Shown piece by piece: positions 13,301 through 25,704 of a stretch of 64,000 nt of DNA. Made by a program: the position numbers and the translations under genes. The notes under the pieces are model-generated. The model did not search any database, had not been told where the DNA came from, and saw only the letters and a program-made list of their open reading frames with translations. How positions within the stretch are numbered: position 1 is the first letter of the stretch; each line of letters opens with the position of its first letter. This DNA comes from Chrysomallon squamiferum (Eukaryota; Animalia; Mollusca). The stretch is taken from positions 16,864,001 to 16,928,000 of the forward strand of contig CM022673.1 of assembly GCA_012295275.1 (NCBI GenBank), in the 5' to 3' direction.

Positions 13301-16300
13301 GTAATTTCATGCAGCTAGTATTCCCTAGTGATTCAGATGGCTAAAGATGATATAAAACTGGCTTAAAAAGAAATTACTGCATATTCTACACAAGTAATAT
13401 TATTTCTGTATAAAAATACATCCCAAAACGTTTGACAGAACCACTGTATTTTTTTTTTACATTAACCAAATCTTTGAATCAAAACAGGTTTCTTTTGGAA
13501 ACATTCTGGAAACATTTACTAAGTTTAGAACGTTAGAAGACAAGAATATATTGTTAATCCTCTGTACAAGATGGCGAGAAATGTGATACTGGTGCATGAT
13601 TAAAACCTTCCATTAGATGGAAATTGTTTATGATAGTCACATGGCAATAATGCACTTATAAGGCCTTTTGGGTGAGTAAATATGAATAGAGGCAGTCATG
13701 CAATGGTTTTCAGGTATTTAATTATCTGAGGAGAGATGAATAAACAGAGAATACAGTTATAACTGAGTTTTGAAACAACAGAAAGTAAGTCTAGTGTATT
13801 CATAATCTGATTACAAGAAAACAATCACTGAACAGTTGGCCTTAATGGATCAGTAACCTGACCTGGGTTAATCCAGGATTAGATGAAGACTAGTATAATA
13901 TTAGGATATTTACATAACAAAAAAATATAAAAAAAAATAAAAAATAATAATAATAATAATCATAATAAAAAAATTAAAAATCTCATAAATCCTTTTAATT
14001 TATTTACATTATTTTCTGTTAACTTATTAATATACTGATAAAGGTTTTGAGAGGAGATGTATGGACCTAGGCTTTACAATATTTATCAAACAAAATGAGA
14101 GAAATGGAGTGCCAGACACTGAACTGTTTGTTATGAACTTAATAATTTATTAACAATGACCTTGCTATTAACTTTTTAACATATAAATTTAGTAGTTATC
14201 ATTTTTTTTTTTTGTTATTTATTTTAATCTTTTTCTGACTAAACTGATAATGTTCTAATTTTTAAAAATAACAACTGTAAGTCAAGATATTTTTAAAACT
14301 TTAAGTTAACCTGTTAATGTGACAACAATGTCTTGGACAGGTTTAAGAGCCTGGATATAATGAAGCCGCCATTAAGCAGAAAACAACAAAGGAAAGAAGA
14401 TGATTAAATAATGCCCAGCTACCATGGACAATGAACAGTGGTTTGATGATCACTGTGTGTGATGTGCTGATTGCTGCACTTACTGCAAAATATCTGCCTG
14501 TGTGGGCTTCGCTGCTTTAATTGATTCTCTGGTGTGACAATAAAACTGCTGGAGAGATACTGTGGTCACTCTGCACCACCTAAACCGACAAGCTGTGAAT
14601 ACTGGGAAGGGAAAGTAATTCTAGACAAAACAAATTGTAATAAAGCAAATCTGTCTTGGCTACACAAGCCAGAGTTGTTTCTAGATGACAGTGATGGAGA
14701 AATTGACAGAGACAACAGTTCTTACATAGGCATTACATTTCCCATAGTTAAGTCTGCATAATAGCAGCAATATTTGAGTTCCTGTATTTCATAGGAAATT
14801 GCCACATTCAATAGTTAAATGTGTTTAAGGGTAGTATTTACACGGTCCATGTATTTCCCAATATACAGGTGCACTCAACAATAAGACCTGGGTAAAAAGT
14901 GACATTAGTAGATGATCTTTGTACGTATTATTATTAAAACACATCTCAACTGTTAACTCCATACCAGGATTCAATCCCACTAACTACCAGTCTCAAAATC
15001 CACATCCTATTGTTAAAAGCTTATATTAGGATATGATCACAGTACCTTCTGGTTGAAAGACCAATGACTTAATCATTGCACACTGGGTTCAAATGTTCAG
15101 TGAAATAAAACTGATCTCTGTGTTTGCAGGTCATAGCTTTATTTCTGTGTAGTCGGCCAAGAAATGTACAGTGACCACAACATACCAAGAGAGATTCTAG
15201 ATGGTCGTTATGTAACAAGTTTATACAACCATGCATTAATTAATACTGATAAATTCAATGCTGTTACACTCTGGGAATAAATTATATAGTCTGGGAGCTG
15301 TTGTGAATGAGTCCAGTGTTCTGGAATAAAGTGGAAATTGCAGCACTGGAAAAACGCCTGCTTTAGCTAATGTAAATATATCTGACAAGGAGATTATTTT
15401 TTATTTTATATTTTTTTCATAGAATGAAAATGGCTGTGATAATAATTACTTTATTAGCACTTCAGAGATCGTATCAGTTTTTACTGATTAAAAATACATT
15501 AGTTATAATAAATATAATAAAACATAACTTAAAACATCAGTCATAATATCTGAAATGTTAATGTGAAAAAATGAAACTTGCTGCTAATTTAACCATCAAA
15601 GATATTTTTTAAATGCACTTTCCTAAACACAGCAAATATCTGATGCACAACCATTGGCTGATTTATATGTGCTTTGTTTTCAGTGTTTCCATCAGAGAAA
15701 TTATTCTTGGTTATAGTCTCTGTTTTCACCAGAAAGCTTTGTGTTTGACAGAAATATTGAAATTTACATGTAATCTGTGTTTTGTAAATAATTCTGTTTT
15801 ACTAATGGTTTTATACAGATTTGTATTCAAATGACAATGGATTACAGTCTTACTGGCTGATGGCTGTTTTTTTTTGTCCTGTACTGAGACAGGGAAATCA
15901 GTCTGGTTTTGCTGAGATTTTAGAGTTATGGCTGGTACTGGTTCTGACATGAGCTCACTGGATATGCATCACCCAGGACAAATGGGAAGCCACCATGCAT
16001 TGATTAGCACTTCTGAGACAGCTGTTGCACTTTCGATTTGAAGCTAATATAACATATGCTTATTTCCCAACAAGTAACAATGCAAATCACGGGGCAATAA
16101 AAACACATACTGACGACATATTATTTCTCTTTGGAATTCTGTAATTGAAAAACTCTGGGGAAATAATTACCATGTACATCTGAAAATAATTATCAAGATG
16201 TCTTATTAATTAAGAGTTGCTATAGTTCTACATTCCAAACCAAAAATATATTATAAAAATCAGTTAAATATAAATAAAAATTTTTGTTATATTTTCATAC

Positions 16301-17100
16301 ATAGCCATAACAAAAGTATGTGTTTAATAGCCTTGAATAATTCAATTATATTATCAGAAAATAACCATCAGAACAAAAAAAAATATAAGCTTAGCAAATT
16401 AAAACTATATATTATTTAAAATTATTTTTATTTAAATACAACCAATTATTATACAGAATTTAGATTTAGATACAGAAAACACACATGCAATAACTATCAT
16501 AAACAGCCACAGAATCATCAGGGCTTTTCACCGATTATTTAGACCTGTTGCATTTTTGTATTGCAGACACAATTTACCATAATAAGCAGTACTTTGTGAA
16601 ACTAATTAAAAATATGTAATTTTGTTTCTGATTTCAAACAGTATGAGAAAATGAATACAGCTACATGAACAAAAAAAGAATGATCATACTACTTCAGTGG
16701 TCACTTAGGTCTGTGACATTTATCAGCCAAAACAAATTACCTGCTCAAAATAGAAAACTAAATATGCAAAGATGTTATTAATGTAGCTTTAAACAAGTCA
16801 TTTACCTGGATCAGTCTGAAATATCTATTTATTATTATTATTAGAAGTAGTAGTAGTTGCTGCAACAACAGTGGAAGCACTAGCATTTAAAATTATTATT
16901 ATTACTTTTTTATTATTATTATTATTTATTATTATTATTAGAAGTAGTAGTAGTAGTTGCTACAACAACAGTGAAAGCACTAGTATTTAGAATTATTATT
17001 ATTACTTTTTTATTATTATTATTATTATTATTTATTTATTTTTTGTTTTTTAATGTTTAATTTATTTATTTAATTATTATTATTTTTATTATTATTATTT

Positions 17101-17131
<31 letters not shown>

Positions 17132-17247
17132 TTTTTAATGTTTATAATTTTTATTTATATATTATTGTTATTATTTTTTTTTAAAAGGCTGCTTTTATTC
17201 TTCTACTATTTTAAAAGATAAATCACCTAAAATAAACAGTTACTCAC
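10319..17247 (-). other. shep: Intron between exons B and C (6929 bp, GT-AG, phase 1)
   Basis: GTGAGT donor at 17247-17242 and ttctctttcag acceptor ending at 10319. Confidence 0.9.
16829..17025. repeat. ~100-bp tandem duplication flanked by (TTA)n
   Basis: ttattagaagtagtagtagttgct(g/a)caacaacagtg(g/a)aagcactag(c/t)attta(a/g)aattattattattactttttt occurs twice. Confidence 0.9.
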
Positions 17248-17306
17248 CTTTGCATTTATTTGTTGTCTGGTCTATTATTGCTTTTGTGGATGTTATTTTA
17301 CCAAAC
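17248..17306 (-). CDS. shep: RBMS/shep-family coding exon B (middle of RRM1); not in the ORF track
   Basis: Minus strand tttttttctttcag|GTTTGGTAAAATAACATCC...AAATGCAAAG|gtgagt; 59 nt, phase 2 in, phase 1 out. Gives (Q)FGKITSTKAIIDQTTNKCK(G), cf. RBMS [20 protein letters not shown]. Frame-compatible with both neighbouring exons. Confidence 0.95.
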
Positions 17307-19534
17307 CTGAAAGAAAAAAAAAGAAAAAATAAGTATGTTTAGAAGCCTTAGTAATACATCAGCACTACTATTTTATTGTCACACGTAAATATTGTCATAC
17401 ATGAATATTCCTACCATTGTTGTCACACAAATCTGAGTCTTTGTGTTACATACATGAATATTACCGATGTCCTTTCAATATCAAATTTCTTGTTTGTGGC
17501 AACATACTGACACTAGTATAATTTGATTAAAATCAGGAAAAGAAGTTATGCCATACTTCAGCTATGATGCATGCAGGAATGTATACAAATACACCCCCCC
17601 CCGACACACACACACACACACTAACACACACACACACACACACATGTAAAAGCAAACTTTATAAATGAGTAAAAATGCTGTATCTGTTTTGATCTTTTAA
17701 TTATTAATTTTTTCTTGGTTCGTTAAATTCATACAGGTGTCTCCATACATGTCCACAGATACCATTTTTGGTTTTTAGCAAAGACTGATTTCATGCAAAC
17801 ATTCATTAAAGCTATTTATTCACAAACAACTGCCTGATTGGATATAAAACTAAAAAATGTGTGAACTTGAGCCTAACACATAACTGTAAAACTGGTTTTT
17901 ATTCACCTCAAAGGCAAATAAATCTATATATAAAACTGAAAATGGAAATAAATCTGTACATATTGTTCACATTATTTGACTACAAATACACACACACCCA
18001 CCCACAAAAACTTGAACAGATATATAAATAGCAATTTCTTTTTGTCTCTGCTGTATACTAAGGTGTTACTTTTATAATACTGAAAATAAAAGCTTGAAGA
18101 CTTCACATAAACATTATGAAATGAAAAGATAAAAAGGTTATCAAAGAGTCATGAAGGTGATGTTGTGTACAGTCAGTCACCCAAGACGCGAAGACGTGAA
18201 AACAAACTGGCTTCATAACCACAACACGAACTATGTGGAACACGAGAGACTAGGACAATTTGTAATAGAAACAACCCAAGCATTCAATATTTTCCACAGT
18301 TTTAATACATCAGCTGAAGCCAGAGTAATATGCAGACAAATAGAAAAACTGACAGAATATATTTTCAATCAAGTCTGAATACAATTTTGCAGTTTCGGTT
18401 CTGTTCACAGCCAGCTGTCTCCTAATTAGGTTTGAAATAGAAAGTGACACATCTAGCATGCTCTGAAATCAATGTCATCATGTATAATGAAACCTGCCAA
18501 GTGGGAGCTGAACAAAGCAATCATTACTTCCCTGACTTCAAGTGACGTGGCGACCAGCTTCACAATTACCAACAAATACTGTCATACATTACATACTTCT
18601 ACCTCAGGCAGGAAGAGAGAGGGACAAGTGGTTAGAGTGTCACTGTGGATGTCATCAGCTTCCTCTGAAGAATGTCATGATACATACAATTGGCATTTTC
18701 AGGGTAAAAGTAACCGATCTACAAGTTTACGTTATAAGAAAGACAGCTTAAAACAGTGGATTCTCTTGAGGCATGTCAGTATAAAACAAAAAGACATGCA
18801 TATTGGTGGATGAAAATTTAATAGTACAAATTCTAATGAGACCTAAAAACAATGAGCAAAACACTGATTTTCAACATAACCAAATGAAATACATCACTTT
18901 GTTTGTGGCAAGTCAAGGCAAATAGCAGGGTAATTAGAGTGAAGACAGTGTAAAATGTCTGATTTAACTGGGTAAAAACTTTTAAAATTACAGATTTTTG
19001 AAAAACACACTTGAAATAATAAACAGTTTGACAAAAAATACAAATGATTAATGACCTTGGAGATGTCTGATGAAGCAAGTAAAAAAAGTAAATCTAATCA
19101 AAAAAAGATAAAACAATAATAAAAATAAAAATATAACAACTAAGAAAAGTAAAAAACACATCCTTGTAAAATGCCACTGACATAACCCAGAGTTTGAAGT
19201 TAAATTGAAATAGCAGACATCTGGACAAAAACCAACAAATCCTTGACTTTGAAGATATTATTATACTCTTAAAGAAAAAAAAAAACACAACTAAAAAAAA
19301 TCTAATGATATCTTCTTCAATGATTACTTGGCACAGCATGATCAAACTAGGTTTTTATATACTTTTTCTCTGATTGGTAAAAAAAGCATTATTTTCACTG
19401 GATCATCATTGTGTTTTCAGTGTAATGGGTTTGATCACTGGCTTTATTGCATCTGCAGCTGATGTGACAAGAGTAAATCCAATATACATACTAACAACTT
19501 AGTTTGGGTTTTTTGGTAAATCAGGTTTAAAATG

Positions 19535-19580
<46 letters not shown>

Positions 19581-19662
19581 ATGGAAGAAAATGAAAATAA
19601 ATGAATAAAATAATAAAAATTTAACAAAATAACAAGTTAAAATAAAAATAATAATAATAATA

Positions 19663-19704
<42 letters not shown>

Positions 19705-22700
19705 TAAATAAATATAAAAATAAAATAAAAACTAAAACAAACAAAAAATGAAAAGAAAAATATAGATATGCATTTTTTAACAGACATTTTTATCTCATTA
19801 AATTAAAATAAGATATATATGTATATAAAATATTTATATATATATATAGTTATATATGTAATTAAAAACAAAAATAAACTTCAGAACAAGAACAATTATT
19901 TTGATTACTGCAGATTCAGTAAAACAATTTATTATTTCACATTTTTCTTCTTTTTCCATGAATTTTTTTTTTTTTTTTGGTAAACTATATGCATCTGTTA
20001 ATATACAAAGTTAATTCTATACAAACACTTCTTATATTTTCTAGTCATTGCAGAATTCAATTTTCTACACCAGTGGTTGCTGCATTGTATTTCTCATCAT
20101 ATATAATTATTTAATCTTACTTGACCGCAGGTTTTTGGTGTATTTGATATACAAATCTCAACTAATTACAATTTCTGTGTAATTACTCTATTTGTGAAAC
20201 TTGGTATTAACCACACTTTTCTATATTAAGTATATAAAATCTTCCCAGTTTTTCTGTATTCCAGTGATTAGTTTATGTCAGTATTTTACATCCGTTAAGT
20301 ATCTACAGTGTATATAAGCTGAGCTGGACATATTTATTGATATCACACACACCGGCTTGTACATATCAGTTTCTGACACCTTAATAGCTAGTAAATATTG
20401 GCATCAAATCTAATCCATGATAATTTATGTGTTTATATCAACAACAAAAAAACAAAAACACAAAAAAAGTAAGATGAAGTCTTAATTCTGTAATGTCTCT
20501 TGTATCTCTTGGTTTAGGTGTTTATAAGGATGTAAAATCCATATTTCTGTGAAACCAGCCACACATAAAAGTAATTCTGTTTTTCTGTTTTTATATGTAT
20601 GGGGGAGAAAAAAAATAATAATGAAAAAAGAGAGACATTTTATATTTTGTCATTAACATCACATAATATTATTTTAAAAAGCCCACAAAACTAATAAAAA
20701 TCAACAACAAAAAAGAAAGTGACAGGAAAATGGTACTAAAAGATATAGAAAAACAACAACTAAACTAAAACAAAAAACAAACCAGAAATAAAAACAATAA
20801 GAAAAAAATGCAATAATAAAAAAGAAATAAAATTAAGCTCTAAAATATTTAACAATAATAATAAAAAATAAATACAGGCCAGACACACAAAAGTAAAATA
20901 ATAATAATAAATATATGAAATAATTTAAAGGAAATACACTTCTCACATATTACATTACATTAAAAATATGTTATTCTTATAGCATTAAAAGGATAACATT
21001 TAATGCTTTGTTAATGGTTCCAGACAATGTTATTACTTATTACCAGCTCTTTATTATAATTCTATATTTAGTTCACATTTTTACTGAACATTATAAATAA
21101 TGACTATTTATTATATGAAACTTTAGTATTTATTAATTATAACACTTTGGTTATTATGTAGTACTTATTAACTACAGTGTATTTAAATGTTTATTTATGT
21201 ATAACAATTGTTACTTATTATTTATTGATAACAAGCTGGTTATTACCCATTAACTATACCTCTGCTTATTAACAATTTATACCAAGTTAGTTATTGCCAG
21301 TTATTATTATATTTTTGGTGTTTGCAAATTTTTACATATGTCAGCAACAAAATCACTGACATTCAGATAACCTGTTTTTTTTAATTCCATAGATGCCTAA
21401 TTTCATTTATTCAAAAAATGAAGAGAATCTTGAAGCAATGAATTAACAACTGCACTGGTATGAATGCAATGATCAAGAAGGAAAATTCAGTTGAAGTCGA
21501 ATTTATATTCTCTAAAGGTTTCTGCTTACTCTGTAAGGAAAACAGACTAAAGCTCTGAGGTCAAAGTGTTTGTCTCAGTTATAATGAGGTTATTTCCCAT
21601 TCTAAACTATGTCCTACGACTGGTATTTCTGAAATAATGTTATGTACTGTTCAGTTTATGTGAATTTGTAAAAAGATCTCTTTCAGTTTATTGGCATGAG
21701 ATGGAAAAAAGGTATATTTGAAATACTGAACAATTAATATTAAAATGTGGAGTATGCAGTCATTTGTTTAAAGTAAAAGTTAAAGTCAAAATTTCTATTA
21801 TATATATATTAAAAAAGAAATAATAATAATATCAAAAAAGAAATCCTATTATGACATTTCTGTTATTTCATTTTTTTATTTCTTTTCATAATATAAACAG
21901 AAATAATCTTTTTTAAAAATTTAATAATTTTGAAAATTGATTTTCCACATGTAAGGTAAATATATTAAATATTCAGCATGATGGAATAACTCAAGTATGT
22001 AATGATTTAGTAAATTTATTTCACATGGGTAACTGTTAACATACTTATGTCCACATTAATGATTCAAGTTCATTGATTTTTACTTACCAGTAAAATAAAT
22101 CCTTTCTTTTTTTTCTTTTTAAACCCCCACCAAAAAAAATACAACAGGGAACTCAGTTTTATAATATAAATACTGAAAATAAAACCTTAAAAAAAGACCA
22201 AAAAAAATGAGAAAGAAAACAAAAAGAAATTCATGACACAAAAACCCCTCAATTTTACAACATAAACTCAGAAAATAAATTTCTTAAAACACTCCATTGT
22301 AGAACTTCTTTATCACTCTTAAATATTCAAATTAAATGAGTAATGCAGGTTAATGACATGACTATAATTATCTTATTTGAACTTAGCCAATTACCAATTG
22401 TCAAATGAAGGGTAAGTGGAGATGGGAAATAATTGCATGCCTGAATAAAGCACGAACAAACCCGCATTAATATGTATGATATTATTTTTTTTTTTTCTGT
22501 CTCAGGTAATTTCTACCTCTGTCAGGTGAGTTGAGGTGAGAAAATGAATTAGAGAATTGATGAAATGCAAATCTTCACACTGATATGACTATGATGAGTT
22601 GTTTGCTTGAGAATTTAATTTTGGTTCTTTTTGTTGTGGTTTGATATAAAACAATATATTTAAATGACATATATTTTTTGTTTGTTTGTACATGCATGTA

Positions 22701-24423
22701 TAAATGGATGGGGATGATGATGATGATTGTGTTTGTGTGTGTGTAAAATATGTGTGTGTGGGTGTTTGTGTAGTGTATATGCATCTGACTGTATGTGTAC
22801 ATGCTCACACACCAGTATTTATGTAACAGTAAACTATGGAAAGCCCCCATGTCAGATTGTACACGTACGCAGATTAACAGATTAGTTCCTGCGACGTGCC
22901 AGCATTTTATTTTGTTTGTCTTAAATTCTTCTCTTCATATTCATATTTCAATGCTACTTGGTGACAGATAAATTATATGGTCAGGCCAATTAATTCTGCT
23001 ATGCAGTCTGATTTTATTATGTCACCACCAAGACCCTTGACAATCCTGAAGCATTCATGTGCATCATGTGAACAGGCTATGCTGTAACGCTTGTCATGAC
23101 AAAGGTATTTGGACAATGGCTTCTGTCATATATCACAGATTACCTGCCCAGGGCTACAGATGGTTATTGCTTTGCCTGTCCAACTGAAATATTTCCATGA
23201 AATGGGCTAATACCACAAATATCAGAAATCCCCTCTGTACAAAAACAAAAGGCACTTTGTTACAAATGGGAAATGTTCATATGCAGTGCCAGCATTAATC
23301 TGATGATGGTTGAGAATGTAAAAATAATTGCAGGTGAAGTTCCACTGAATATTTATAATATGACATGGTTTGCATTGAACCATGTTTTACAGTTTGGGGT
23401 GGCAGCAGAGAAGAAACATGTAACTGAAAAACAATAAAAACATTATTAAAATCCTTCATTTTGAACAGTGATACAGTTGTTGCCTTGGGCAGAATCCGTC
23501 CACCTTTGTGGACCAACAATACAATTTCCCATTACAAATGTGTGGCCTTTCTCTTTTCATTGCCAAATGAAATAGCGAAAGAAAAGATTACCTTCACAAA
23601 ACAAGCCAAGGGCTGTTAGAATGAAACTTCCTAGTTGTCAATACTGAAACCACATTCGGGTTTGTTTCCATGTTTTTATACATACTTTAGTTTTGTATTC
23701 AAACAGAGTTAGCATGGAATATGTACCATAAAAATAATAGTGTGTACTGATTACAGAAAAACATGGCATAAAATAAACATTTTGTTTAGAGAAATACTAG
23801 ATAACACTCTTTAGAAATAAATTTGATATCCGTAAACAGTTTGAAAAAAATATATTGATTTAGCTAAATACTTTTTAAACACAACACAATTGATTTATTT
23901 TGCATAAAAATAAGCACCTTTAACTGAGTACTTTTGACAAGACTTTAATGCAACAGGAAACAAGGAGAATGTTAACATTTATAATTTATGTTCACGTGTT
24001 TTCTCTCCCCTGGTTTTTACCACTCAGTTAAACTGGTTTTCTGAAGCTTCATTGGTTTCCAAGTGTTAGGTGATAGCTCTGTTTATTTGTTTTCTTACTA
24101 ATGTTTTAATGAATCTGCATTTTGATAATGTCCCAACACTAAGTACCATTCAAGACATTTCATATTTACACTTCAGAATTTCAAAATATTAATGATTTAA
24201 CAAATATTTACATCCACTGTATAAGCTTGCCTGCCTTAAATATACAGTAATAGTTGTTTGCAGCAAATGTTCATAGTTTTTAAAATCATTTTAAAAGAAT
24301 ATTATTCTTGTTACTTGCTTTTCATTGAAAGATTAATGAAAGATTTTAGCTATCTAAATATACAATCATTATTATTATTAATTTTTAAAATTAGTTTCAT
24401 TTAATTATTTGTTTATTTTTTGA

Positions 24424-24469
<46 letters not shown>

Positions 24470-25543
24470 CATTAACTTTCATACACTTAGTAATTCATGC
24501 TTATTTTGTTATATGTCTGTGACTACGTATGTCACCATTCATCTACCTAACTCTACAAAAGGTCACTGCATGTCTGGCTGAAATATTTCCAGTCAAAGAC
24601 TTCATGCTCTGGCTCAGTGGTTAGAGTGCTTATCTAAATATGAGGGTCACAGGCTCAGTACTGCTGATGTGCCCTTTTCAGTTAATTCCCATTCCTGATC
24701 TCTTCATCGTTGATCAATTAATATGCTACAGTTTTGTCACTTTCTTAAAAGGTGAATTAAAGGATGTCTTGCTGCTAACCAATAGTTACCAGAGTGGTAG
24801 AAGCAAGTTATTTTTCTCAGATATCTTTATTATACAAACATTACCGGATTCAGCCCCATAATAACCATTAATATTAAAATGTGATGAGGTGTCACTGTCC
24901 AAATATTCATTAAATTATTTCTGACTGAAACTTGAGTCTTATTTCTGGTCAACAGTGAACAAATGACCAGCAGACTGGTGTTATTTCCAACTGGCCAGAC
25001 TAATATTGGTTCATCTTTTATTGTCACTGATAAGTGAAGATGCGATATTCCCTTATGGTTTACATACTTCTGAACACAATGTTGTCAAGTCATTGCTAAC
25101 AGTTCTAAATACCAGTGTAGTAATTTGGAAAGCTTTTTTTTTGTGTGTGTGGATGAGATGACAAAAAAATATAATTTGTGAAAATAAGAAAATTCTGAGA
25201 ATGATAAAAGGCTGATGGTTAAAAAAATTAATAAGATAAATGAAAATCTAAAGTAACAGGGGGAAAAAAAATGATAAATTAAAAAACAATATGAGGACAA
25301 AAATATTTTAAAATGAAAAAGGGATAAATGGGAAAAAATTAGAAGTTCAGTAAAAAATTAAAAGAAAAGAGAGAAATAATTGGGGAATATAGAAAAAAGA
25401 TTTAAAAAAATATAAGAAAAATATACAAAAAATAGAGAGTGAAAAAAGGATTAGTGGAAAATAAAGAAGCAGCAAAATGAAGAAAAAAGAGAAATTAAAA
25501 AGAAAATGAGAGAAAAATGAAACATGTAAAATGAAACACTCAC
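17307..25543 (-). other. shep: Intron between exons A and B (8237 bp, GT-AG, phase 2)
   Basis: GTGAGT donor at 25543-25538 and polypyrimidine-CAG acceptor ending at 17307. Confidence 0.9.
24610..24900 (+). mobile_element. Degenerate tRNA-derived SINE-like element
   Basis: 5' TGGCTCAGTGGTTAGAGTGCT is a tRNA-like Pol III A-box head with a decayed B-box (aggctcagtac). The 3' part shares an exact 20-mer (aataaccattaatattaaaa, 24860-24879) in inverted orientation with 44478-44497. Confidence 0.6.
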
Positions 25544-25704
25544 TGCTGACATAATGTTACAAGATCTTTGTCTGTGGTGTTGGGGTTAAGGCCTCGGATA
25601 TACAAATTGGTTTTACTTAAGGACTCTCCCGATAGACTCTGGTTGCTCGACTGACTCGATGTGGTGTTTGGGCTGGCTGCAGGCATGTTGCGAGTTGGGA
25701 AACT
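25544..25704 (-). CDS. shep: RBMS/MSSP/alan shepard-family RNA-binding protein, coding exon A (Ser-rich linker and start of RRM1 with RNP2 LYIRGL)
   Basis: Minus strand ttctttttgcag|AGTTTCCCA...TGTCAGCA|gtgagt; 161 nt, phase 0 in, phase 2 out. Translates [53 protein letters not shown](Q), matching the RBMS/Shep signature [18 protein letters not shown]. Confidence 0.95.

Noticed and set aside
18151-18813. Cluster of plus-strand ORFs of 69-113 aa (similarly 42154-42439, 50616-51064, 59075-59515)
   Set aside because: No recognisable domains or consistent exon structure; compatible with chance ORFs in moderately GC-richer intronic sequence.
24610-24680. Possible tRNA gene
   Set aside because: Only the A-box/D-arm region is tRNA-like; no GTTCGA T-loop or acceptor stem. 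Better explained as a SINE head.
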